Source of the DNA: Eledone cirrhosa
Lineage: Eukaryota
Length of the DNA: 64,000 bases
Assembly (NCBI GenBank): GCA_964016885.1
Contig: OZ024743.1
Location: 261,268,001 to 261,332,000 of the forward strand
Direction of reading: 5' to 3'
Below are positions 15,501 through 28,809 of the stretch, one piece after another (the first letter of the stretch is position 1; the number at the start of each line of letters is the position of its first letter). The translations under genes were made by a program, and so were the position numbers. The notes beneath the pieces are model-generated. The model saw only the letters and a list, made by a program, of their open reading frames with translations. It was not told the origin of the DNA and did no database searches.

Positions 15501-18500
15501 CCACTACTACTACTATCAACACCACTACTACTACTATCAACACCACCACTACTACTATCAACACTACTACTACTACTATCAACACCACTACTACTACTAT
15601 CAACACCACTACTACTATCAACACCATTACTACTACTATCAACACCACTACTACTACTATCAACACCACTACTACTACTATCAACACCATTACTACTACT
15701 ATCAACACTACTACTACTACTACTATCAACACCACTACTACTACTATCAACACTACTACTACTACTATCAACACTACTACTACTACTATCAACACCACTA
15801 CTACTACTATCAACACCACTACTACTACTATCAACACCACTACTACTACTATCAACACCACTACTACTACTATCAACACCACTACTACTACTATCAACAC
15901 CACTACTACAAACTATCAACACCACTACTACTACTATCAACACCACACTACTACTATCAACACCACTACTACTACTATCAACACTACTACTACTACTACT
16001 ACTACTATCAACACCACTACTACTATCAACACCATTACTACTACTATCAACACTACTACTACTACTACTACTATCAACACCACTACTACAAACTATCAAC
16101 ACCACTACTACTACTATTCACACCACCACTACTACTATCAACACCACTACTACTACTACTATCAACACCACTACTACTACTATCAACACCACAACTACTA
16201 CTATCAACACCAATACTACTACTATCAACACCACTACTACTACTATCAACACCACTACTACTACTATCAACACCACTACTACTACTATCAACACCACTAC
16301 TACTACTATCAACAACAACTACTACTACTATCAACACCACTACTACTACTATCAACACCACTACTACTACTATCAACACCACTACTACTACTATCAACAC
16401 CACTACTACTACTATCAACACCACTACTACTACTATCAACACCACTACTACTACTATCAACACCACTACTACGACTATCAACACCACTACTACTACTATC
16501 AACACCACTACTACTACTATCAACACCACTACTACTACTATCAACACCACTACTACTACTATCAACACCACTACTACTACTATCAACACCACTACTACTA
16601 CTATCAACACTACTACTACTACTACTATCAACACCACTACTACTACTATCAACACCACTACTACTACTATCAACACCACTACTACTACTATCAACGCCAC
16701 AACTACTACTATCAACACCACTACTACTACTATCAACACCACTACTACTACTATCAACACCACTACTACTACTATCAACACCACTACTACTACTATCAAC
16801 ACCACTACTACTACTATCAACACCACTACTACTACTATCAACACTACTACTACTACTATCAACACCACTACTTCTACTATCAACACCACAACTACTACTA
16901 TCAACACCACTACTACTACTATCAACACTACTACTACTACTATCAACACCACTACTACTACTATTCACACCACTACAACTACTACTATCAACACCACTAC
17001 TACTACTATCAAGACCACTACTACTACTATCAACACCACTACTAGTACTATCAACACCACTACTACTACTATCAACACCACTACTACTACTATCAACACC
17101 ACTACTACTACTATCAACACCACAACTACTACTATCAACACCACAACTACTACTATCAACACCACTACTACTACTATTCACACCACTACAACTACTACTA
17201 TCAACACCACTACTACTACTATCAACACTACTACTACTACTATCAACACCACTACTACTACTATCAACACCACTACTACTACTATCAACACCACTACTAC
17301 TACTATCAACACCACTACTACTACTATCAACACTACTACTACTACTATCAACACCACTACTACTACTATCAACACCACAACTACTACTATCAACAGCACT
17401 ACTACTACTATTCACACCACCACTACTACTATCAACACCACTACTACTACTATCAACACCACCACTACTACTACTATCAACACCACTACTACTACTATCA
17501 ACACCACTACTACTACTATCAACACTACTACTACTACTACTATCAACACCACTACTACTACTATCAACACCACTACTACTACTATCAACACTACTACTAC
17601 TACTACTATCAACACCACAACTACTACTATCAACACCACTACTACTACTATCAACACCACTACTACTACTATCAACACCACTACTACTACTATCAACACT
17701 ACTACTACTACTATCAACACCACAACTACTACTATCAACACCACTACTACTACTATCAACACTACTACTACTACTATCAACACCACTACTACTACTATTC
17801 ACACCACTACAACTACTACTATCAACACCACTACTACTACTATCAAGACCACTACTACTACTATCAACACTACTACTACTACTATCAACACCACTACTAC
17901 TACTATCAACACCACTACTACTACTACTATCAACACCACTACTACTACTATTCACACCACTACAACTACTACTATCAACACCACTACTACTACTATCAAG
18001 ACCACTACTACTACTATCAACACTACTACTACTACTATCAACACCACTACTACTACTATCAACACCACTACTACTACTACTATCAACACCACTACAACTA
18101 CTACTATCAGGACCACTACTACTACTATCAACACCACTACAACTACTACTATCAACACCACTACTACTACTATCAACACCACTACTACTACTATCAACAC
18201 CACTACTACTACTACTATCAACACCACTACTACTACTATCAACACCACTACTACTAGTATCAACACCACAACTACTACTATCAACACCACTACTACTACT
18301 ATCAACACCACTACTACTACTATCAACACCACTACTACTACTATCAACACCACTACTACTACTATCAACACCACTACTACTACTATCAACACTACTACTA
18401 CTACTATCAACACCACTACTACTACTACTATCAACACCACTACTACTAGTATCAACACCATTACTACTACTATCAACACTACTACTACTACTATCAACAC

Positions 18501-20905
18501 CACTACTACTACTATCAACACTACTACTACTACTATCAACACCACTACTACTACTACTATCAACACCATTACTACTACTATCAACACCACTACTACTACT
18601 ATCAACACCACTACTACTACTATCAACACTACTACTACTACTACTACTACTATCAACACCACTACTACTACTATCAACACCACTACTACTACTATCAACA
18701 CCACTACTACTACTATCAACACCACAACTACTACTATCAACACCACTACTACTACTATCAACACCACTACTACTACTATCAACACCATTACTACTAGTAT
18801 CAACACCACTACTACTACTATTAACGCCACAACTACTACTATCAACACCACTACTACTACTATCAACACCACTACTACTACTATCAACACTACTACTACT
18901 ACTACTATCAACACCACAACTACTACTATCAACACCACTACTACTACTATCAACACCACTACTACTACTATCAACACCACTACTACTACTATCAACACTA
19001 CTACTACTACTACTATCAACACCACTACTACTACTATCAACACCACTACTACTACTATCAACACCACTACTACTACTATCAACACTACTACTACTACTAT
19101 CAACACCACTACTACTACTATCAACACAACTACTACTACTATCAACACTACTACTACTACTATCAACACCACTACTACTACTATCAACACTACTACTACT
19201 ACTACTATCAACACTACTACTACTACTACTATCAACACCACAACTACTACTATCAACACCACTACTACTACTATCAACACCACTACTACTACTATCAACA
19301 CCACTACTACTACTATCAACACCACTACTACTACTATCAACACTACTACTACTACTATCAACACCACTACTACTACTATTCACACCACTACAACTACTAC
19401 TATCAACACCACTACTACTACTATCAACACCACTACTACTACTATCAACACCACTACTACTACTATTCACACCACTACAACTACTACTATCAACACCACT
19501 ACTACTACTATCAAGACCACTACTACTACTATCAACACTACTACTACTACTACTACTATCAACACTACTACTACTACTATCAACACCACTACAACTACTA
19601 CTATCAACACCACTACTACTACTATCAACACCACAACTACTACTATCAACACCACTACAACTACTACTATCAACACCACTACTACTACTATCAACACCAC
19701 AACTACTACTATCAACACCACTACAACTACTACTATCAACACCACAACTACTACTATCAACACCACTACAACTACTACTATCAACACCACTACTACTACT
19801 ATCAACACTACTACTACTACTACTATCAACACCACTACTACTACTATCAACACCACTACTACTACTATCAACACCACTACTACTACTATCAACACCATTA
19901 CTACTACTATCAACACCACAACTACTACTATCAACACCACTACTACTACTATCAACACTACTACTACTACTATTCACACCACTACTACTACTATCAACAC
20001 CACTACTACTACTACTATCAACACCACTACAACTACTACTATCAACACCACTACTACTACTATCAACACCACTACTACTACTATCAACACCATTACTACT
20101 ACTATCAACACCACCACTACTACTATCAACACCACTACTACTACTATCAACACTACTACTACTACTACTATCAAGACCACAACTACTACTATCAACACCA
20201 TTACTACTACTATCAACACTACTACTACTACTATCAACACCACAACTACTACTATCAACACCACTACTACTACTATTCACACCACTACTACTACTATCAA
20301 CACCACTACTACTACTATCAAGACCACTACTACTACTATCAACACTACTACTACTACTACTACTATCAACACCACTACTATTACTATCAACACTACTACT
20401 ACTACTATCAACACTACTACTACTACTATCAACGCCACAACTACTACTATCAACACCACTACTATTACTATCAACACTACTACTACTACTATCAACACCA
20501 TTACTACTACTATCAACACCACCACTACTACTATCAACACCACTACTATTTCTATCAACACTACTACTACTACTACTATTCACACCACTACTATTACTAT
20601 CAATACCACTACTACTACTATCAACACCACTACTATTACTATCAACACTACTACTACTACTACTATTCACACCACTACTACTACTATCAACACTACTACT
20701 ATTACTATCAACACTACTACTACTACTACTATTCACACCACTACTATTACTATCAACATCACCACTACTACTATCAACACCACTACTATTACTATCAACA
20801 CTACTACTACTACTCACACCACTACTACTACTATCAACACCACTACTACTATTACTATCAACACCATTACTACTATTACTATCAACACCATTACTACTAC
20901 TATAA
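6580..20905. repeat. Intronic ~14.3-kb minisatellite, 18-bp unit ATCAACACCACTACTACT
   Basis: Directly visible. Units vary by the number of ACT triplets and by point variants (ATTCAC, ACA, ATT, GCC). It lies between exons 6496-6565 and 21768-21811. Confidence 0.97.
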
Positions 20906-21767
20906 TCATCAGTGATTATATGTCCCTTTTTTTCCATGCTTGCATAGTTAAACAAGATTTTTTTTGTTGGCAGGTTTTTTCTATGACTAGATACCTGTAC
21001 TTTATTCTACGTATGATATATAACAGGTATTAAAATACAGCTGTGGTATATGACTGGTATTAGAATACAGATATGATATCTGTCAGATATTTCTTATGAA
21101 ACACTCTACCTATGCATTTCAATTAATTTTGAAAATAACCAAACATTTTGAGATCTTTAATAAAATATCTAAATTTTTCTTTAGTAAACTCATCTTTAGA
21201 ACATAAAGATAAATATTTTAATTGGAGCAGTTTTATATCATAAATCCAAAGTAGTTCCAGGCAGTGTGGTATCAAAAAGGGGTTCATCTTCCTGATTAAA
21301 TTATTTCCTCAATAATATTTAAACTACAGATTTAGATCACTGTAGCCAGTCAAGACAATAATACCATTTCACAGATTAGGATAAGAAACAAAAACAAGTC
21401 TGAGGAAACTAGTTTTCGACTGTTTTAAGGCCATTTTCCCTGTGAAAGCAGAGGTTATCTTTGCAGGCCTATGGTTTCATATTGATCATGAAGTGTGTGT
21501 GTGTGTGTTTTTAAGGCAATATTTTACAGCAGGATACCCTTTGTAGCCTATCCATCTAGTTATTTCTTATGCAGGAATATGGTGTACCTAGTTTGGGGCT
21601 GTGTAAAAAAATTAGGAATAAAAATTCTTTAAAAAGTTTTGGTCTTTGTTAAAATAAAACTTTGTTCAGCTACTGTGAGAATAGACTAGTGCTGAAATGG
21701 TTCTTACATCAAATTATTTCTTCATGTACAACAGTTGAGAGTGAATATATTTCTTGTATGATTTCAG

Positions 21768-21811
21768 AGACCAGTAGGACAGAAAACATTGTTCCAATTT
21801 CTTCAACAAAG
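21768..21811 (+). CDS. SYNJ1: Synaptojanin-like gene short exon (44 nt)
   Basis: tttcag| acceptor and AAG|GTAATG donor, phase 1 to 0, which exactly bridges the flanking exon phases. Encodes (E)TSRTENIVPISSTK. Confidence 0.6.
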
Positions 21812-22277
21812 GTAATGTATATAATTTTCTCAACTTCTTTAATATTTTAAGAATGATTTAGAGCACAATGTATGTAGAAAATATAGAAAGAAAATCACAG
21901 TGTGTCATGCAAATGTTTCATGGTCCCAGCAGACAAAATGACAAATATGTTGGCTGAAGAATTGCAAATGGGGCATGCTAAAAGAACTAATCTAACTCAC
22001 AGTGGATGTTCTTTCATATCACCAGCTCCATCCTAATTATAATGTATAGGGAAGCAATTCAAGGTCCCAAGACACCAGATGTTTCCAATACTGTGTGTTT
22101 GACAAGAAGCCTATCAGAGACCATCAGGTACTTTGTTAGCTTGTAGTCTTCAGACTATCAGGTGACAAAACCTGGGTCTAGTACCATTTAACTGCTGCAG
22201 AAAGTATTGTTGCTGCTCACAAATATAAATATATTTATTCTTAGAAAATGTAGAAATATATATATATGTATATATAT

Positions 22278-22608
22278 CATTTCATTTTACGTCCACTTTT
22301 TCCCTGCTTGCAAGGGTGGGACGGGAACTGATTCTGGCTTGATTTCTACAGCTGGATACCCTTCCTAATACCAACCTCATTTACAGTGAGTGCTTGGTGC
22401 TTTTTTGCTGTGGCACCTGCATGACCACTTTGCAGTGGAATGATAGGGAACCCAGTCCCTATCATCTCATTTCTACAGCTGAGTAAACTGGAGCAATGTG
22501 AAATAAAGTGTCTTGCTCAAGGAAACAACACATCACCCGGTCTGAGAATTGAACTCACAACCTTTCGATTGCAAGGCCAATGCTCTAACCACTAAGCCAT
22601 GTGCCTCC
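22278..22608 (-). mobile_element. Full-length tRNA-CORE SINE with RTE-derived tail
   Basis: Closely matches the reverse complement of 32234-32562. Has A box TGGCTTAGTGG, B box GAGTTCAATTC and CORE-like ccttgagcaagacacttta. Flanked by TA runs. Confidence 0.85.
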
Positions 22609-22757
22609 ATATATATTTAAAGGGTAAACAAGGTTCAATGAATAAATCAAAGAATGAGTTTTACAATAGATTGGAAGCACTCAACAGCAATGGTTTTCCT
22701 GAGTTATTAATATTAATTCAAAATATTAACAAAAATAGACATTCGTGTGATCAAGTA

Positions 22758-22824
22758 TATTTTATTATACATATTTCAGAGGTACTGAGCTATCTTCAAC
22801 AGTACGTCCTCATCAGATAAAATA
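22758..22824 (-). ncRNA. Type I hammerhead ribozyme (mirror copy)
   Basis: Reverse-complement copy of 22920-22986 in the left palindrome arm. Confidence 0.8.
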
Positions 22825-22919
22825 AGATGATGCATGACATACCCTGACTTAGTAGATGGTTAAGATTCAGTCGTGGTATCTTAACCATCTACTAAGTCAG
22901 GGTATGTCATGCAGCATCT

Positions 22920-22986
22920 TATTTTATCTGATGAGGACGTACTGTTGAAGATAGCTCAGTACCTCTGAAATATGTATAATAAAATA
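22920..22986 (+). ncRNA. Type I hammerhead ribozyme
   Basis: tattttat-CTGATGA-ggacgtactg[12-nt loop]cagtacctct-GAAA-tatgta-TA-ataaaata. Stem I is 8 bp, stem II is 9/10 pairs, stem III is minimal. Confidence 0.8.
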
Positions 22987-23159
22987 TACTTGATCACACG
23001 AATGTCTATTTTTGTTAATATTTTGAATTAATATATATATATATCTACATTTTCTAAGAATAAATATATTTATATTTGTGAGCAGCAACAATACTTTCTG
23101 CAGCAGTTAAATGGTACCAGACCCAGGTTTTGTCACACCGATGTGTGTGTGTGTGTGAT

Positions 23160-23400
23160 GTGCAATGAGGATGACTGCTGAGTAAAGAAGTGCCAAGAAA
23201 TGCCAGTAGAAGGAAGACGCAGTAGAGGAAGACCACGAAAAACATGGGTAGAGGTTGTGAGAGCAGACCTCAGATCGCTGAAGATCACGGAGGAGATGAC
23301 GAAGGACTGTGACAAGTGGAAAGATGCTGTGCTGAATAGAACCCATTCCACCCTTGCAAGCAGGGAAAAGCGGACGTAAAATGATGATGATGATGATGAT
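23160..23400 (+). mobile_element. RTE-clade LINE 3' end
   Basis: Translates VKKCQEMPVEGRRSRGRPRKTWVEVVRADLRSLKITEEMTKDCDKWKDAV, the typical RTE C-terminus, followed by a (GAT)n tail. Confidence 0.8.
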
Positions 23401-23875
23401 ATAAATATGGATTGAGGGTGAGGCTGTGTGGTTACTGATAACGAGTGTCACCTTATCTTCTAACACTATATGTGGAAATCTTTTATGGTGAGTTTCTGCA
23501 AGGAAAAAGACCACAGCATAGGCCTAAGAAAAAGTACTAAGATTGTATTAAGGAAAATGTGAAATATCTGGGTTTTGATATAGATCAATAGTAAAAGCAA
23601 GCTATTGATCATAATATACAGAAAAAGACAATTAAATCACTTGTATGTTTACCATAATGGCAGGGAATCAGATGGAGGCCAGTTAGTGTTGAAAATGGTT
23701 AGATCAATTGTACTGCAAAACTCCTAGAACCTTGATCTCTTTTCATTCCTTATACCATATCCATAACCTTGATTTACACTCGTGACCATCAAGGTGTTGA
23801 CTTTTAATTATACTCTGTTAACGTTTTTTTATTATAAATGACTAAATCTGTTTATTTTTTATTCTAATCCTTCAG

Positions 23876-23990
23876 ATCTCCAATATTAGTACTCCAATGA
23901 ATGTACAACACCATTGTCATGCCACAGATGCAGATAGTGCTGAGAAAATACTAAACAGTCTAATGACTAACCAATTCCAAACTACGGGAG
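23876..23990 (+). CDS. SYNJ1: Synaptojanin-like gene exon with CRIB-like motif
   Basis: ccttcag| acceptor and GAG|GTTGGT donor, phase 0 to 1. Encodes ISNISTPMNVQHHCHATDADSAEKILNSLMTNQFQTTG. Confidence 0.65.
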
Positions 23991-24179
23991 GTTGGTATAG
24001 GCTCTTTTTTCAGTTTCATTGTCGTTGCTGTTATTCCTTTATTTTTTTAATTGGAGTAAAGAATCTTCAAATAACATTTGTTCTTCATCCCAATGAAGAA
24101 AAAAGTCGGGATTGTTACACAAAGAGGAAATTGTCCCTTGTCATTGTTTTGGCTCTTTCATGACCATATAAAGCTATAA

Positions 24180-24425
24180 TCTCAATGAAAAAACATACAG
24201 TCCACCTTGTAGGTGGTCATACTAGTACAAAAATGAAAAAGCACCCAGTCCATGCTGTAATCTGGTTGGCATTAGGAAGAGCATCCAGCTGTAGCAACCA
24301 AGCTAGAAACAGATCTGTATGAGCAAGACATGGTTACCTGCCCTGGCTAGTCTCATTACATGACAGCTCATCAAACTCATGCAAGCATAGAATATAGAAG
24401 TTAAACGATGATGATGATGATTATT
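24180..24425 (+). mobile_element. SINE 3' part with (GAT)n tail
   Basis: ggttggcattaggaagagcatccagctgtag...gttaaacgatgatgatg, as in the other copies. Confidence 0.6.
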
Positions 24426-25441
24426 ATGTTGATTAGCTGCCTCAGCATATACTTGGGGTTTGGATCTTTACTCATTTCTCAAGCATAAAATATGGGGCTG
24501 GCTTATATTCAAGTATATACAGTAATTAATGAAGACTTTTCTGTGAATTTACTAATACTATTAATTAGCTCATTATTAATTACTTGGTTCGTATATAAAA
24601 TTATTTTGGGAGATTTTAATCTAAATAGAAACCCTTTAAATTGGGTAGTTTAATTTCATAAAACCAGCACTGATTTTGGGTTGATATCAAAAGGGTTGAA
24701 TTCCCTAATCTGGAAACTTTTAAGCAGCAAACCTTTTTAAGTCTTTCTGTGGTCTTTGCTGATGAGGTATAAGACCAGACATATCTTGAGTTGTCCCCAT
24801 AACTATCAAAAATCGGGCTCACTCCCCCTTTGTATGTCTCCATTTAATTTTTTATCAAAGCAGAATTATTAACACTAATGTTTGTTTTTTTTTCTCAATA
24901 CAAATATAATTTCAATTGATCAAACATTTTTTTGGATTCAGTACATTAGATATGGTAACCTAGAACTCAATTTTCAACATTCCAAAACACCTAGTGAGCA
25001 CCCATCAGCACAGGATTTTTATCTATTGTAATTACTGTTTCGATTACAATAAAATATTTACCAGAATATGCTAGGAGTTATGTTAAATGATTGCATCATA
25101 TCCTCCTTTAGCAAACCAGCTGTTGTACCTAGAAGGAAGAAGTGATTGTTTAAACCTTTCATTACCATATTTCTAATGAAAGACACATTTTCAAAATGAA
25201 TTGAAAATAATCAAGAATTTAGAGTAATTTAGTAATATAATTAACTTTCTGATCATTTATCTGGTTCTTGAAGCATTACATCACAAAGGTTTGTTCTTAC
25301 CCAGAATTATGATGGAAGGTTTCTAGATCAACATAAACAAACAATTTAAAATAAATTGTTTAGTATGAAATGGGTTAATTAATTTAAAAATTATTATACA
25401 TAATTATGTAATTCAAGAAATGTTACTAACTTACTATACAG

Positions 25442-25574
25442 CAGGGGTTCCCAACCATTATGTTGAAATACCTTCTTAATACTCAAAATCCTACATCACC
25501 CACCAAAATTTCCCCTATTTTCTGTTCAGTTGCTCATCCCCCAACAGTGATATCGCCCAGGTTGGGAAACCCTG
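25442..25574. mobile_element. hAT-type MITE
   Basis: 15-bp TIRs CAGGGGTTCCCAACC / GGTTGGGAAACCCTG and an 8-bp TSD ctatacag / ctgtacag (7/8 match). Confidence 0.8.
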
Positions 25575-25648
25575 CTGTACAGCATGTATGATTTAATTTA
25601 ATTCATTTAATTTGTATATTCTCTATTTCTGTTCATTTGTTTCCCTAG

Positions 25649-26256
25649 GAGCTACAGCAACTCAGAACAGTATATCCCGTAGTCAGACAACTGGCTGTTT
25701 ACAAGCTTATAACATTCCCGAAAATAAAACGGATACAAATCGTCCTTACAGTGCTAGTGTTGAAAATCTATCACTGACGTCATCAACCAATCTGAAAGAA
25801 AATAAAACCAATGACATGTTTCAAAAGATGGCTCTTAATTCTTCTATTAACACAGCTCCAGAATCAGCAATATCTCAGAACTCATCAACTAATCTGATGG
25901 ATACTATGGTTCCAAAAGTCGTTCCAAGTCCATCAACTAGTGTAAACGCAAGCTTTCCAACCCCACCTCCAGTTCCGGTTCGCAGGGATTTAACTGTGAA
26001 TAAACCCAGCCAATCTTCAAGTGTTCTACAAAATACCAACAGCAATGCCAAAACTTCCTCAGATGATTTCAAAACCTGTCCTTTGCAACCCCCCCCACCA
26101 TTACCAACAACAACTTTGAATCCAATCACAGTTTCTGAAGTAAAGGTTCAGAAAGTAAAATCAGACCCTCCCCCAATTCCTTCTCGACCTCCAGCCTCAT
26201 TACCCCCAGTTCCAGCAAGACCTCAGCCCCCTCCACCTGTACCACCACGCCCTTAA
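25649..26256 (+). CDS. SYNJ1: Synaptojanin-like gene terminal coding exon
   Basis: ccctag| acceptor, phase 1. Long Ser/Thr/Pro-rich frame ending PPIPSRPPASLPPVPARPQPPPPVPPRP-TAA. Confidence 0.75.
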
Positions 26257-26316
26257 TAATAAAACATTAGTGGTTAGAAACAGATTGCTTGTTGTACATG
26301 CATGTGTGGTGTGTGC

Positions 26317-26366
<50 letters not shown>

Positions 26367-26605
26367 CATTCACATACATAAATCCACACACACACATGTG
26401 CTTGCATAGATATGTATTTCTATAGAGAGATATATACGTATATATACATACACATACATAAATTCACACACGTGTGCTTGCATATATATGTATATATTTA
26501 TACATATATAATTGGCTAAAAGGTATAATATACAAAAATTAAAAAAATACACAAAGAAAGAGGTAGCAACATCTCTATTGTTTTATGTTTACAATGTTCA
26601 CATTT

Positions 26606-26772
26606 AAACCATTCATATCCAAAACCATTCATATCGTTAAATATTCATTTATATAGTAAACCATTTATATAGTAAACCATTTATATAGTAAAACATTTAT
26701 ATAGTTAAACATTTATATCACATACCATTTATATAGTAAACCAGTCATATCGTAAACATTTATATAGTAAAA
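26606..26772. repeat. 16-bp tandem repeat AAACCATTTATATAGT (degenerate)
   Basis: About 10 imperfect units downstream of the stop codon. Confidence 0.8.
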
Positions 26773-26941
26773 CTAAATTCACACTTGTATCAGTTCATAA
26801 AATCAGTTAAATTAACCAGAAGCTAATGTAGTATCCCAAAATTCGTAGCTAAGTCTGGATAATTCTTTCATGGAAATGACTCTAAAAACATCTGTAGAAT
26901 CATAATGATGTGGTTTGAGTTTGTGTATATTTTTACTTTGT

Positions 26942-27270
26942 GAAGGTACATGGCTTAAGGATTAGAGTGTTTCACTCATGATCCTAAGGTTGTGAGTGTG
27001 ATTCGAGGTGGCACGTTATGTCCTTCAGCTAGACACTTTATTTTACGTTGCTCCAGTCAACACAGCTGGTAAAAAATTAGTTATACCTGTAATTGAAAAG
27101 GGCCAGCTTTGTCACACACTCTGTCATGCTGATAGTCCCTGAGAATTACATTAAGTTTACACGTGTCTGTGGAATGCTCAAGCACTTGCATGTTAATTTC
27201 ATGAATAGGCTGTTCCAATGGTTGAATCAGTTTGGAACACTCAGCGCTGCAACTGATAGAGGTCCAACAC
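26942..27270 (+). mobile_element. Diverged tRNA-CORE SINE
   Basis: Head catggcttaaggattagag...aaggttgtgag and CORE-like agacactttattttacgttgctccagt, similar to 32234. Confidence 0.6.
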
Positions 27271-28363
27271 ATACACACATACACACATACACACACACAT
27301 ACACATAATTGTTTTCTTTTGTTAAAATTTTAGGTGGGTACCATTGTTAATGGAATCGATTTTGATCCATTGTTGTTTGATTAATGTGAGAATGATTATG
27401 CACACAAACTCATATATATATTTTTTTTTAATAAAAATAAATTTTTATTTGTTATAAACAATTTATTCATATATTTCTGTAGTGTTTTAATGACAATTAT
27501 GATAATGAGGAAGGAAAGAGTGAGGAAAATTTTAACTATGACAAAGTAAAATAGATTTATTCTATAATTTCCTAAATACATTAGTGAATGAATGGTGAAA
27601 ACATGCAGAGTCAATGCTACTATGAAGTCCAACTAGGTGACCACACGAGATGCAGGCCTCAGTGAGGCACATTACTGAATCTTAAAGAATCACAGTTTTA
27701 TACAATTTTGTATAATTAAGTTAAATAATGTTATGGCCTGTCCTGTGATTTGACATAGACGAGTGTAGACTATGTAGTTGAAAATGCAGGCTTAGTCATT
27801 TTTTTAGTGTGGTCAGAGCAAGAAATATCAAAAACTGGGTTTGTCATCTTACCAAACTGAAAGCTGAAACTATTTTATTTGGGAGAGTGAGGCACATAAC
27901 TGGGAGAAAGGGTTAACAGCCTGCCTAGAATACTAAATACCCAGGCACACATAGAACTAACCTAGGATGCTAAATTCCCAGGCACACATTGTAGAGCTAG
28001 TCTATGTGTCTAAATACCCAGGTGCCAATCCAGCCAATGAGTTCTTTATTGTAGAATTACATACTGAATTTCTAGGCACCAACACAGTTTGATTTTGCTC
28101 TTTTGTTTCCATATTCCCCATTAAATATCACTAATAACTTCTATTTTTTTATAACTTCACCAGAAAATTTGGATCAACTTGAATAGTAAATATAAATTTG
28201 AACTTTGGACTTGATTATAAATAATATTCAAGTTTCAAGTATCACCATATATATATATATATATAAGGTGTGTGCACATGTGCATATATATATTCATATG
28301 TGTCTTCTATATATAAAGTAGGTGTTTATATGCATTATATTATTATATATACATATATATATA

Positions 28364-28809
28364 GAATAAGGAAAAGTGAAGTAGTTTCAGATGTTCAAGT
28401 TTTTTAATAATAATGCTGTGATATATATATCAATGGCGACAGTGGCCACACTGTTCCGTGCGCCAGTGTCGCGACATCATCAGACAGCTTGTTATGTTTC
28501 CGAGGCAATCCAAATTGAATCGACATGGGAACGGACGAAGTGTGTGCTCTTGGGTTCTTCATCCATCCCCCTTGGATTGCCTCGGAAACATAACCTTATT
28601 ATGTAACAACCTGTCTGACGATGTCGCGACACTGGCGCACGGAACAGTGTGGCCACTGTCGCCATTAAATTTATATCACAGCATTATTATTAAAAGACTT
28701 GAACATCTGAAACTACTTCGCTTTTCCTTATTCAATATTTACTCCGTCACTCCTATGTGGAATAAGTACATTGAGTGCTTGAATTGAATTGCATCAATGT
28801 TTACCCTAA

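Larger units (their letters stand above)
22617..23034. mobile_element. Fold-back Penelope-like terminal-repeat module (157-bp arms, 11-nt loop) with minus-strand tail
   Basis: Arms 22710-22866 and 22878-23034 are near-perfect inverted repeats, each with a hammerhead fold. The minus-strand tail carries TTGAGTGCTT and TGTTTACCCT before (TA)n. Confidence 0.75.

Noticed and set aside
6440-20905. 4821-aa mucin-like Thr-rich ORF and antisense Ser/Val-rich ORFs
   Set aside because: By-product of a stop-free 18-bp repeat. It changes register mid-way and lies in an intron of a phase-consistent gene whose real exon uses another frame.
26606-26772. CRISPR-like periodicity
   Set aside because: Head-to-tail repeats without unique spacers, in a eukaryotic context.
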